This document shows positions 12,649 through 45,400 of a stretch of 64,000 nt of DNA, one piece after another. Position numbers and translations under genes: made by a program. Under the pieces are notes generated by a model that searched no databases, was not told where the DNA came from, and saw only the letters and a program-made list of their open reading frames with translations. Numbering within the stretch: the stretch's first letter is position 1; every line of letters starts with the position of its first letter. Origin of the DNA: Paraspadella gotoi (taxonomy: Eukaryota > Animalia > Chaetognatha); NCBI GenBank assembly GCA_051294375.1, contig CM119271.1, positions 14,204,770 through 14,268,769 on the forward strand, written 5' to 3'.

Positions 12649-15286
12649 TCTAAAATATTTTGGAATTTTTAGATGGAATTTTCAAAAAAATTTAAAGTTT
12701 TACGAACGCGAAGTATTTGTTTAGAATTTTGGACGATTTGGTTTTTAGTTAGAATGCAGACGAATTTCAGGAGAAAATTGTTGGAATGAGAAGCAATAAG
12801 TTTGGAATGAAGCCGAAAATTGAAGGTTGTTCGGACCGAATGGTAGGAGTAAACCCAGTATTTGCTAACTTTTGGGAATTTATGACAATTTCAACTCGCA
12901 GCGAGTAGCGATGTTTTTTCTACTCGTAAGTGTTTGCGATGTTGCAGATTTTTATTTCAATTGGTGGATTTGTTTACGTTTTTTTTTTAATTTGATTTTT
13001 TTAATGATAATAATTTGTCTCAGCGAGTGAAATGTAGGGAAAGAGATCGATGATCAGACGGAGATGAAATCAGCCGAAGACGAAGCGGATGAGAAACAGG
13101 AGATTCTTTTCGAAAGCGGGCGAGAGAAAGAGGGATCGAAGGAGAAGAGAGAGAGAGAGATAGAGAGATCGTAGGAGAGAGAGAGAGAGATCGTTTTTCC
13201 TTTAGCGATCGAGAGCAAAAATCGTGTCGCTTTCACTACACACTTGTAAATCAATAAAATAAACTGGAAAAAGAAGAAAAAAAAAAAGGGGGGGGGGACC
13301 GACGGATTTTCAAGTTTCTCACGCTCTCGTCATCCTTTGTCTCTCGCCGCCGTCCCCTGAAGCGCGATTCTGAGAAATGGGGTCAGGAAAAAAGGTAAGG
13401 AAACGGAGAAGATTAACGCGGTTTTTAATAAAAGGGAATTGAAAACTTGGTGTCTTTTGTATTCGTTTTTAACGTTTTTAAATAAGATTAACAGGGACAG
13501 ATCGTAAATAACGATTAGTAGTCGACAATTATGGTAACTCTTTATTCAAAATAAATTTTGTTTACAACTTTAATCAACGGATTAACGTGAGTAAAAAAAA
13601 AAAAATTAACTGGTTTACAAGTTTCCGAGTTAGACTAGAATATTCCGCTTAGAATTATATAATCTTTTTCGAATAATGGCCACATACTCCCCAAGCTTTT
13701 TAAACATTTTTATTTTTCTAAAACTGACAGTGATATGCTGAAGAGTTAAGTGCATGTAATAAAACTACCCAACTAATTAAAATTTAAGCTTAAAATTGTG
13801 AATGAAACATTCTACAAATTGGTAATGAATACATGCTATATATATAGCATATGGTATATTTCCTAGTTACTATAGTATTGCTATGGTGTGTTTATCGTAT
13901 TCAGTATTCCCAAAGGACTAGAACTCAAAAAGCGCGCTTTTGAAAACATTAAGCTGAGTTGACTATAACTTCTGGACTAGATAATATAAGAAAATTTGGT
14001 TTCAAAATTATCGAAACAAAGGACAAAGGACATTATACATAATAACCTAAAATGAAGTAAAACAGGAAAAACGGGATGAGTAAAACTAGAAAATTGAAAA
14101 TTACGACTGGTAGAAATCGCGGAAAACAAAAACCCATTGATGGATTTAAACGAAAAGAATTAATTGTCTGCGCTTAGTTCTCTTATGTGCGACATGAATA
14201 TCAAGAAATAACACGTGTTGAATATATACTCGAATATAGAGCTAAAAGGCATGTATCTTAGGTCGTTTCATTAAAAATGTAGCTCAACTGAAAAATAAAG
14301 ATGATTTGCGTAATAAAAGGCATCTTCTCTATTCGTAACGTGCGGTGCGTGTATTTTTTAAATTTTATCGTTGATTATAATGAGTAAAAATTGATATAGT
14401 AACCACGACGGGACGTGAATTTGATTTGTTTATAAATATAATCAGTCGAAAATCGATGTAGCTTTCCAAATAAAGTATATCGCCGTGACGATAAGAGGCG
14501 CAGTCAATGCCGTATATTTTTTAGATTTTTTTTTTTGACGATGTAGTTAGTATTTTTCTATATTAATGTTAATTATAGTTTTCTCGTTTTGATACGTTTC
14601 CGTTATGAGCAAAATAACTTTCACGGAGAGAGTAAGCTTCGGGAGTAAAAAATAAGTACATAACTTTGGGCGATGATAATCATAATGTTCATTTTGTGTC
14701 GAATAAAAGGATTCGTTATTTTTAAGACGTAATAAACTACGGACTCCAGGGCAACCGATGGGAGTTAATAGTACTGAGTTAGAGACGACGAGTCTTTTCC
14801 ATAAAAAGGTTCGTACAAAAATAACGGGTTTCTTTCTTTCAACTGGGCGTCTGTTTCTAATTTCGTTTCGGTTCATGAATTTGTTTCTTAAAAACACGAA
14901 GGGTGGATATGGGAAAATAGGAGCGAAGTTAAAGACGAATAGAGAATTAGAGATGGAGAGAGAAAGAGAGAGAGAGAGACAGAGAAAAGAATCAAAGATT
15001 AAGGATGACCCTTTCAACGAGCGCGATTTCCCATCTCTCCCCTATTGCTTCGAGGAAGGGGGGGGGGAAAAAAAGAGGGACATAATGGAGAGAAATTCCA
15101 GGGGAAATGTTTCGGCGATACGAGGCTGTTTGTGTCAGAGACTCAAGAGGCCACTGGCCAGTTGTGGTTTTGATGGGGACGACGTTCGACGTTCGACGAC
15201 GGACGAGAACCAGTTTCGTCGACGCAGAGACTCGATTATTGTTTTGTTTCTTTACTCCCACCCTTCTCCCTTCATCTCCTCCGCCT

Positions 15287-34435
<19,149 letters not shown>

Positions 34436-35009
34436 TTGGCGCTGGCGGGATTTCTACGGACTTGAGGAGGAGAGAAACGCGGGAGAGTTGTTGTTGTTGT
34501 TGTAGTTGTCGTCGGGGGCGACGGGGAAGATTTATTAGATCCAACGAAGATTCGAACAAAGACGCTTTTCCGGGCCGGAGAAACCTGCCGACGAAATTTT
34601 AAATTTAAATAACGTTAAATATTAATAATCAAATTTTCAACTTACCACCAAACGATACGGAATTTTTCATACAAATTCGGGTTTCATTTTATTTCTTTGC
34701 GAAAAGTTAAGACGGGACGGAACGAGGATTAACCGCTTCGGTGGGAAAAAACTTGGGTTAAAACTGTCGCTAGAACAAAACCAAATCAGTTATAAATACC
34801 TGGAAGAAAAAACAGCAATAAATATAAACGAGTAATAACAAAAGGCACAGCTTGGAGAGAATAAAATTCAATTGGTTGAATAACAACTGTTGAAAGAAAA
34901 AGAGTTTCTTTTTTTTAAGTCTTCCCTTTATTCCTCATTCCTTTTCAGATAAGAGATCACAGAGATGGATCACTGATTAGTGATGAAAGTAGCCACTCAG
35001 TGATGCCAA

Positions 35010-36476
35010 TCAAAGATTCCCTTCGCCGCTCTCCCCCAGTCTTTCCTCGATCCTCGCCATCATTCGCCGCAAATAAAAGTCGGCGTATTCGGCGGGCAAC
35101 TTCTCCCTCAACTGGGCGATCGACTTGTCGAGCGACTGCAGGGCGCGGGCGGCGGGAACCGGGTCGCGGTTCCCGTAGACGTCTTTCGGGTCGTAGGCGG
35201 AGACGGGTAGGTGGCGCCAGAAGGCGTTCACCGCCACGCCGAAGTCTGTGGCGGAGAAGAGAGAAATGACAAAAAAAGAAAAAGAAAATATCAGAAAGAA
35301 AAGAAGAATAGAAAGGAAGCCTGAGATTAACTAAAAAAGCCAATGAGACGTCTACCGAATTTGTCTTTAAACTCACCCAGTGAAACGACGTTGTGAAACC
35401 AAAGGGCGGGAATGAAGAGGACGTCGCCCGCGCGGAGGCGACACTCGTGACGAGTCGCGCGGACGAAAAGAGGAAAGGTGGAAAGGTCGGGAGAGTCCAC
35501 GTCGAGAACAAGAGATTTGTCGCCTTTGAGATAAAGAAAGTTAGCGTCGGATGGCGGGAAGAGAACGACTCTCTTTTCCCCTCGAATTTGAATCAAGATG
35601 TTGTCCATCACATCGTAATGAGTCCAAAGCTAAAAATTAACATTAAAATCAAAACTTTAATTCGAAATGAATAATATTTAAATATCAATCATAACATTGC
35701 TTTCAGCAGGGGATCTCCCCCGGTCCAAATCGTCACCTGCATTCCCGGCGACGCGATCCGGAAAACCGAAGAGAAAAAGGCGCCGACGGGCACGAAAGGC
35801 GGCAGCGTCAAATCCGGCGCCAATTCCGGAAAACCGGCGTGGATGTCGCTGACGTCGCGGCGCGGGTCGGCGCCGAGGGAACGGAGGTAGAAATATTCAC
35901 AAGAAGACGGATTTGACTTTTGATCGACGTCGAGTGGAGATTGTGAGGAAGACGGATGTTCCCCTCCATTCTTCTCAGCTTCTTCCTCCTCTTCCTCCTC
36001 CTCCTTTCCCGCAGCGCGACCCACGAATTCGTCAAAGTCCATCTCGACGTATTTAAAGTTTTTGCCGACGAAATCCATTCGCGCCGAATTTCCGCGATGG
36101 ACGATCACTCGCTTTCCTCGACCCTTTGAGCGGAGATAACTGAGAAAACGAAGGGTGGAAAATATGTAATTAATAATTGAAAAAATTAAATTACTACATA
36201 TTTGTGTGACAATTAATTATTAAATTTGAATGTTCGTCCAAATTCTGTGTGCTCATAAATTACGAAGAGAGAGTGAAGAGATAGAAAGCCACGTTTCCTC
36301 ACCCTGCCTCACCTCGGGGTCCACTTCCTCACGCATTCTCCCAACTCTGCTCCTCTCACGATCGCGGGTTTTCGCGAGGCGACGATCGACGTGAGAAAAT
36401 CCTCGCGCGTCACGTTGGCGTAAACGGGGACGGCGATCGGTGGCGCTGATGACGTGGGAGACGATGGCGACGACAT
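35010..36476 (-). CDS. TYW5: tRNA wybutosine-synthesizing protein 5 (JmjC hydroxylase)
   Basis: Exons encode [59 protein letters not shown]|[72 protein letters not shown]. The HxD..H JmjC triad is present. Confidence 0.93.
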
Positions 36477-36928
36477 TGCCGGATCAGGCAAACTATATGA
36501 ATCAAGTTTTTTCCTTGACTGATAAACCAGCACCTGATCCGCTCCGCTTCAGTTTCAAGAGTCGAAAAAAAATAGGAAATTCCTCATCTTTGAGAACCGA
36601 GGAGTCGAGTTTCGGCAAAGACACGATATTTCACTCAGCGACGAAGCATCTCGATCTACTTGGTTTCCGACTCACGATCCCGGATTCGAAACTGGATCCT
36701 GTTCTCAAAATTGACCCTCGGATCGCAAACCTTTGCCCCTAAAAAAAAAGAAAATGGCAACAATTTGGCACCGGATCGACCATAACAAATCTTGTAACAA
36801 AAACTTTTATTTTATAACAACATTAAAATGATAAATCACTGAAAAGTAAAAATGAGAAACATTTGAACAATTAAAAGCGCTTTTTAAAACAGTTAATGAC
36901 ACTTGAGGCGTCAGTTTCCGACGCCGGC

Positions 36929-38447
36929 TCAATCGCCTGCTCCTCCTCCGACGCCGCAAATGAAATCGAAGATCCACTGCGGGAAGCGGAAAGTCTCCTC
37001 GTTGACGAGGACGACGTCGAAGGCGGCGAGGAAGGCGTCGAGTTTGGCCTCCGGGTTGACGACGTCGTTGAGGAACCCGACGCCGATCACGTTGGAGACG
37101 AAGTCGAGGCGAAGGGGGATGCGGGCGTCGCCGAGGGAGTCGCCTTAGGACGAGATGAAGACGGAGATAATTGTATTACAAAGAGTGAGAGTACATAAAT
37201 TCGCTCTTAGCACAATAAACATATTATGGCTTGCGGAGGAAAGATGTCACTAAAAATCCTCCATAGACTCACCCAACAAAATTACATTGGGTCGTTTCTC
37301 GTTGTTCGAGTTGATGCGAGTCTTGGAATCGCCCGAGTCTGTCGTCGACTTGACGGGAGATGCATCCTCATTTCCATAATAAAACCTCCTCATGGAATGC
37401 TCCTTGTTCTGCGTGTGGACGGCGTCTCCGTCGAGACCTCGCAGCGCCAGCGTCTCCGGATTCCACTCGAAGCGATTTCCGATGATGGAGACCTTTTCTA
37501 ATGGATGGGAAGACATTTCTCAGAAATGCCCCCTCAATATCATCTTACCTAAACTCACCCGTCAAGACCCCCCAGCTCCGCATAGAGCCCTCGACGACGT
37601 CGGCGAGGCCCGCGGTGGAGATCACGAAGGGGACACGTCTCTCGGCTGCGGAGGTGACGAAGGGAAGAAGGTCGTCGCGGACGACGAGAGAGTTGGAGGA
37701 GATCATCGATTCCAACATCGGTTGGGTCAGGCCTGTAGAAGAGGAGGGGATTTGAATGAATGGGAGAGAGTGAAGGTTACGAAGCATTATTTATGTTGTA
37801 GTAGTGCTACCTCAGTGAATATTTACCACAACTTATCACTAAATATACAACATAATAAAACAGAATAAAAAGATATAACACTTGAAATAATTTACTACAA
37901 TATGCAAATCAGATTATCTTGTGTCTGGTGTTGAACCAAGAAGCTTTCTGTTACACGCTTTTTTCCCCAATCCCCTTTTTAAAAATTTTTTTTCCCACTA
38001 GGGGGCACCGGCTTCCTTCATGAGCCGAATCTCCGTGGCGAGCCAGTTCTCCATGTGCTGACATTTCTCCGCTGCGCTCAGTGAAGGATCCGCATCGTAG
38101 GGCGCGAATTTCCTGAAGAGCGCCTGAAAATAGATGTCATCTATCAGGAATTACCAGATATCAACTCAAAGACAAAATGTTTTCCATACCTGCATCTTTT
38201 CGCGGAGCTCCGGCGCCACCAACGGGCTTCTCTTCACGACGCCATAAGTAGAGGAGTAATCCTCGTACGGCGGCACCCGATTGCGGCGCTTCGTCATCGT
38301 GTAGTCGAAGTCGGCCATGACGACGACGCCGGCGGTGCCGCCCGTGGACGCCGCGTTGAGCTTGGCGGCGAGGTCCGATGGGTTGGAAATGCGAAGGTTG
38401 GAATGGAGAGAGGACAGCACCGAGAGTTGGGCGAGGATCGATTCCAT
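36929..38447 (-). CDS. NT5C3: Cytosolic/pyrimidine 5'-nucleotidase III family (HAD)
   Basis: Motif I VMADFDYTMTK, then HMENWL, PFVISTAGLADVVE, IIGNRFEW, VHTQNK, RPNVILLG|DSLGD and GFLND..FLAAFDVVLVNEETF. Stop at 36929. Confidence 0.9.
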
Positions 38448-39469
38448 TTTGAAGAGAGGGAGATGGAATCGTAAATGGAAACAGAAATATTCGCTCGTAA
38501 GTTTGACCGACACATAAGATATTTATCCCAGTTTTTTAAAAGGAAATACGTAGACACAAAATCTGTTCCTAGAAAATGAGGACTGGATTCCAACTTGGAA
38601 GGCAATTGTTCCAACTCGACCCCTTAATGACTGGAAAATGGAAAATAGATGTGCGTGTATAAAAAAGCTCTACGAAGACCGGATATGTGTATCACGGGTT
38701 GCGGCCGAGAAGAAAATGTTTCCGAGGAAAACTAAACTAAGTTGATTGATTATTACGAAACAAAAAGTGAGTTACCAATGATTTGGTAAAACGACTAGGT
38801 GAGGAGATTGATGGTCAAACGGATTCTAAACAATTCTATAAAATTTAGGGGGAAACTATGCAAGTATCCCATCAGCCCCCATATTAGAGTCCTATTGCAT
38901 TTTCATGATCAGTTTTTCATAACCCAAAATAATTAAAAAGGTTTTGATAATTTAAAGTGCGTTTTTATCCCAAAGAAGAAAAAAAATTATTCCGAATTAA
39001 AGCATCCCCTTCCCACAATCAAGCTGTAAAAGGCACGAGGTTTGTAAAAACGAACATGTATTACATAACATTTATAGTACTGTATACTGTATGTATACAT
39101 TATTCTAAGCGAATCACAGTTGGTAGATTAATAAAACACTGATTAATAATTTTCGTAATTATAAAACAGCCGAATCTCGACTGCTAGAGTTAGTTCCGGT
39201 AAGCGATGAAGGCACTTGGTAAAGAACACACTGTGGGCAAAGATTAATTGGATCCTGCGCACCAAAAAGGTGAGGGTTAAATTATCGACCCGACGTTTAC
39301 AAAATAAAAAAAACCCTTCAAAAAAAAAACAACTGGAATGTAAATAAGATCTTGATTCCTAAATTTGGGTGAGATCCTTGGGACCTGCATTGGGGCTATT
39401 CTGCTCCAGGCAGAACACGAGAAAGCTGTTTAAGTTTATTTAGTTAAGGCGGTAAGGACTCGAATTGAC

Positions 39470-42400
39470 TCATTCTTCTTTCACATCCCCACCTCCCTCA
39501 GCTCCCTTCATCGACCGTTTGTTCACTTTCCGCCTCAACAGATAAATGCTTTCTTGCAATTGAATGACGGCGGCGAAAGACGAGTTTAATTTCCCCTTGA
39601 GATCTTTTCCCGCCGCCATCTGTCCCGCCACTACGCCGCGGAGGTCATCCATGTCCGCCGGAGCGCCCACTTCGGAAAACGCCGGACTGAGAAGCGCCCG
39701 ACGCGCCGGCGTCGACTCTCCGCCTCCACCCGGCGTCGTCGGAAGGCGCGAGAGATCCTCGGCGGAGACGTTGGCCGACGAGCGGAGAGAAGACAACGTC
39801 AGCGCCGGAAGCGAAGACGTCGAGGACGAAGACGACGCCAGGCGCGTGCGGAGGCGCTGCAGGTGGCGCTGGCGGAGTCGAGCGCGCGCCGACTTTTTGT
39901 CGATCTTATCTTTCGGGAGGAGAAGAGGAGTTATGGTCCAAGAGGAACGAGATTTGGATGCGGAAGAGGAGGCGAAGGAGGTAGAGGAAAGGTTGGAGGG
40001 AGTAGGAGATGCGGGCGAAGCGCCGGCGAAGGACGCCGAGGCTTTTCGCAACGGCGACGCCGCCGCTAACGCCGCCGCGATTTCGGCGTCGACGTCGTCG
40101 CCTCCGCCCGGTGGCGGTTCCCATGTCGCCGAAACGTTCAGGGCGTTTTCCCCGGCGCCGACGCGCCATCTGAAGACAAGAATAAATTCATAAGTAAAAG
40201 AGTATTTTAATTGTTCTTAAATCTCATTTGCATATTGTAGCAGTGTAAAATATTCCCAGTGACTTTTGATCCTGAATTCTCAAAAGTTTTTTTTTATTAT
40301 TATTTTATGTTTAATAAGGTTTAATGTTTAATTTTTTAAAGACCATTTATCCATTTTAAATTTAATGTAGAATTTTAGATTTTGAAATGTTCAGTTTTTC
40401 AGTTCGCAAAAAGCTAGTCAATTGTCTCCACAATATGAATGATACATGAATCATTTTTATATTTTAATCTTGTGTTAATTGAAAATTGAACACGAAGATT
40501 AAAATATAAAAAATGATTTAATTTTTTTATGGTAATAAACTTAAATTTAGCCCCTTAATTTTTTATTTCGTTATCGTTATGACACAAAAAATATTCAAAA
40601 TGAAATAACCTGTGCCCGAATTCGGGAACCTCGGCCGACTCGAGATGCTGAGCGAGAAAATAAAGACGGGGGATTGAGAAAGGATGTAAGAGTCGAGAAG
40701 GCCGCGTTTTTGTTGGAGAGAGGGGAAGAGGAGATGGGAAGAAGAGCGGAAGATTCCGCGTGACGGAATCTTTTATTTCCTCGTCTCAACTCTTCGACTT
40801 CCGCTCGGAGTCGGGAATTCTCTCTCGCAGCAGCTCGTCGACGTTCGAGGGAGAGGCTGGGGCGGCAGCGGTGTTGGAGTCAGAGCGGATGTTGAACGTC
40901 CACGGTCGCCTTTTCATTTTCGACTAGATTTTCGTCGGTGACTAGATTAACTGCGGGACTCACGAGATCAATCGGACGATCTTCCTCGCCGTTCGCTACC
41001 ACAACTTCGTTAAGAATCCGAAAAAACTTCTTCTTCTTCCTCCTGCTCCTCTTCCTCATCCTCTTCTACCACCGCCGGCAGCGGCGCCTCCTCGTCGCTC
41101 GTAATCGACTCTCGACTCCGACGCCTTCGCTCCGCCCATGCTTTAAACGCATCCGACTCCGCCACCAAATCTTCGATGCGGCTCTGCAGCGTCGCCTCCA
41201 CTTCCGCCCGCGCCGCCAATTCGCTCTTCAACGATTCCATCTCTTCTTCCCTCTCGACGAGGAGTTGGCGTTGAGCGTGGAAGCGTCGACTCAATCCGTT
41301 CATGTTGTCCCTAATCGATTCCGTTTCTTCATTTCTTCGCAACAACTCGTACTCTGCCTCCTCAAGTTTGGTCTTTAAAGAATGCAGCGTCTCGTCGATA
41401 ATCGTCGACGAAGATTCCGTCTTCGAGGATTGAAGCTGCTCGTCGACGAAGGAAGATTCATTAAATCCATCGGCGGGAGACAAAGATTCCTCGGCTTCGG
41501 TCTCGCGTTCCTCTCGCGCGTCGATAACGGAAGAGTCCAGAGATTCGTCCGAAAAAGGATGAAACTCGTCGGAGTCGGAGAAACTCGACTTGGCCGACGA
41601 TATCATTTTCAATTTATTCAGTTCTTCTTTCAAAAACTCGCGCTCAGCTGTGATGGTAGACATGGCGATTTCGTTATTGTTTTCGAGTTGAGTCAGCGAT
41701 GCGCGGGATTCTTCAAGTTCCTCAACTATTCTTTCAAAATCATTCCTCGATTTCTGCAATTCTTCTTCCAGCGATTTCTGGTTCTCTCGCGCGGAGAGAA
41801 CCTCTTCTCTTTCGCTCTCCAGTTGGCTGTTCGCGGCTTGAAGATCCCGATGAACGTTTGAGAAGTCATCCTTGACTTTCCTCAACTCTTCAATCAAATC
41901 ATCTCTCTCTCTTTCAATAGACATTAAAATTTCTTCTTGACTCTTCTTCAATTCGCTCAGCGACGATCGAGTTTCTTCCAATTTCTGAGAAATAACAGAG
42001 ACATTTTCCGATTTCAGTCGAACTTCATCTTCCAGCGCTTCTTTTTTCTTCTCGTCTTCCTCAAGAGTCGTTTGTGATTCCACGAGTTTTTGCGAAGAAT
42101 CCAAAAGTTCCAATTTTATGCGATTCAATTCTTCCTTCAACGAAGTTTCTTTCAAAATCTTTTCCTCTTTCAATTTTTCTTTCTCGATTTTGACTTCGTT
42201 TAAATCATATTTGGATTCTTCAAGTTCCTGAGAGATTTGAGACAATTTCTCCCGATAAAGAATAGACTCCGCTTTGAGTTCTTCTCTTTCGTCTTCAAGC
42301 TTCTTTCGTATCTCTTCGTCTTTGACTAGACTTTCGCCGAGAGTTCGTTTCGATTCTCTGACTTCACGCAATTCTTCGTCGGCTGCGGCAACTTGCTCCC

Positions 42401-45400
42401 TCACCGATTTGACCTCCTCCAACAAAGCATCTCTCTCTGTCATTAGGTCATCCGCCGATCTTTCAATCTCCTTCACTTTTTCCTCATAATTTCTCAACTT
42501 CTCTTCCAATTCCATACTTTTTTCCTCCCAAGTCAAACGCTTCATTTCTTCATCTTTAATCCGCTCTTGTAGATTCTCCAAATCAGTTTTCAACGTCAAA
42601 CTTTCCTTCGTCGCATCTTTTTCTTTTGACTCGATTTCCGCATCCATCTTTAACAATTCCGCCTCGTGATTTGCTTTCAATGACACGAGTTGCTCTTCGA
42701 GTCTTTCAATTTCTTTTTCCATTTCTTCGCTCCTTCCTCTCAGTACCTCATTCTTCACCTCAACATCTCGAACCGAATCTTGCTGAACCAACAAACCTCT
42801 CTCGACTTCTTCCTTCTCCTTCCTCAACTCTTCGACTTCTTGTCCCCATTTAACCTCAACCTCTGACAAAAACCCCCTCATCCTCTCCACATCCCTCTCC
42901 TTGGTTTCCACCTCCGCTTCCAAATCGGAAATCTTCATTCTCGCTTCGGTCAAGTCGTTGGTCAAATCCACGTTCTCCGCCTTCAATCCGCCGCTGGTTT
43001 CGTTCGACGCCGACGTCTCCGCCTGCAGATTTAACTTTTCCTCGATCAACTCCGCGTTTCGACTCCGCAACTTCTCCTCCTCTTCGCTCAACTTCTTCGT
43101 CTCCTCCTCCTGCTTCCCCATCCTCTCCACGACATCTTCGAAATCTTTGAGGGCCTTGACGAGACGTCCCTCCTTCGCCGTCAACTGCTTTCGCAAATCG
43201 TCTACGATTCCGCCCGAGTCTCTCAACTCGTTGGTCGTCTTCTCCAACTCTTCCTTCAGCTCTTCCACGATTCTCTTGGCCTCCTGTTTCGCCTCCCTCT
43301 CGGCCTCCAACTCTCTCCCGAATCGACTCGCCTCTTCCCTCAAAATTCTAATCAGCCTCTCGTCCTCGCGATTCCTCCCTTCGCTCTCTTCCAGCGTCTC
43401 CCTCAATCTCTCCGTCGCCGTCTTCGCATCCGACAATTCCTCGGCGAGACTCTCGGCGATCCTTTCCGCTTCCACGACGGAGCCCCTGACTTCGGCGTCT
43501 TTTCGCGCGAGTTCCTCATCGACGAGACGCTTGGCCTCGACGGCTTCGCGATGTTGGATCTCCGCGCGTTCGAGAGCGTCGTTGGCGGCGTCGAGTTTAC
43601 CGCGGACGACGTCGCGGTCTTCGTTCGCTGTTGCCAAGAGACGACGCGTCTCCTCGAGTCGCGCGTTGAGCGATGACGATTCGTTCTCATTCTCAGCGAC
43701 TTTCATCTCCCAATCTCCATCTCTTCTCTCCATCTCGCTCTCAACAACAACGAGTTCGGCTCTTAACTTTTCGGCTTCTTCTCTGAGTCGATCCGCCTCC
43801 GCCTCCATCATTTTGTGATGCGTCTCTATCTCTGTCTTACTCTCATCCATTAATCGCTTTCTCTCCTCTAAACTCAATTCTATCGCTTGCTTTTCTCCCT
43901 CTCGATCAAACATCATAATTTTCATTTCCTCCATCGTTGACTTCATTTTCTCCATTTCTGAATTCAATCTCTCTCTCTCCTTTTCCCACTCCCCTTCCTC
44001 TCTCTCCAACTTCTCTCTCAACTCTCCCATCTCTTCTCTCTCCAACTTCGCCTCCTCCAACTTCTTCTCCAACTCCTCCACGTACTTCTTCTGTTCTTCT
44101 TCCCTCGCGGAGGCGACTTCCATCTCCGCTTCCAGCCTCTTGAACTCTGCCTTTAACGCCTCCAGTTCGACGCCGAAATTGAGGTCGACTCCGCTCGCCG
44201 GTTGCAACCGTTCGTCGGCGCTGGTTGTGTCGATGATTTCCGCTTTTCCGATGTCGATCTCTTTAGCGCTTTCGCAGATTTCTTTCGCCGCAAAGTTGCT
44301 GCTGCCTTTTTCGGCGCTTTCGTTGCAGTCGACTGGCGAGGGAGAATCGGTCAAACTCTCTACCGAATCATCGCCATTCTGTCCTTCGAATCCCATGTCT
44401 CGCATTTTAGTACAAAGATCGTCAATCTCGCCGACGATGCTGTCCCCGTCCTTGTCTTCCCCACCTCCACCGGCTTCGACCACCACAACTTTCGCCTCCT
44501 CCTTCCCCTCCACTCGATCCTCGAAGGGCCTCTCCACCTTCCCGTCGACCTTCCGTCGGAGATCCTCCATTTCGGCGACCCGCGCCTCGAACTTGTCTCT
44601 CCACTCGCGCGTCTCTCTTTCCGCGGTCGAGAGTTTCCGGGAAAGGAGCTCCGTTTCTTCCTCAGCGCATTCTCTGAAGGATGGGAAGCGACAGTTTATT
44701 ATAATTTTATAAAATCAACTCGAACTTTCTTCAGAACGAACCTGAATCGAGTCGCCTCCGCCTTCAAGAGATTGAGCTCCGTCTCATTCTCTTCCGCGGC
44801 CGCCACACGATCCGCAGCCTCCGCCCGTTCCAAGTCGCGTTCCTTCAACAACTGATCTACGTGTTGCGTCTTTTCCTCCAAAGCGTCGCGAAGAGCGCGG
44901 TGAGTAGCGTCCTCGCCTGCGGTAGAAATGGGTGGCCAACTTAAAAGTCATTTTAAGATTTTTCAAGATTTAACTGTAACAGGGCTTAAATTGATATTCC
45001 CCGGTCACTTGCAATATGCAAATGAGATTGAAGAATTGCATGGCATGGAACAAACCCGGGAAAGCCGGAGATCTCTTGACGGATCCGTCGGACGACTTTT
45101 TCGGCCGCATCGACTCGTCGCTCTTTGACTTTTCCGGATTTCGAGGTTGAGTCGCCGAATCCTTAGAGAACTTTGAATTGACATGTACTGAATGTTGATT
45201 GGCCGAGGTTTGGTTTTGATTGCCCGAATATTGATGCTGATTGGTCGAATTTCGATTTCCCGATTTCCCATCGACGGACGTTTTCCCGTTGGGAACGAGA
45301 GGCTTGACTACCATCGCTCCTTTACGGTTTGATTTAGTTCCGCTCGCGGCGTCGTTGGAGGCGGCGCCGCCGCGCAGATCCTCCGCAAGAATTGTAGATT

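Noticed and set aside
37081-37145. Suspected frameshift in the last NT5C3 exon
   Set aside because: Recounting the G-run (5 G) gives a continuous frame GDSLGDARIPLRLDFVSNVIGVGFLND.
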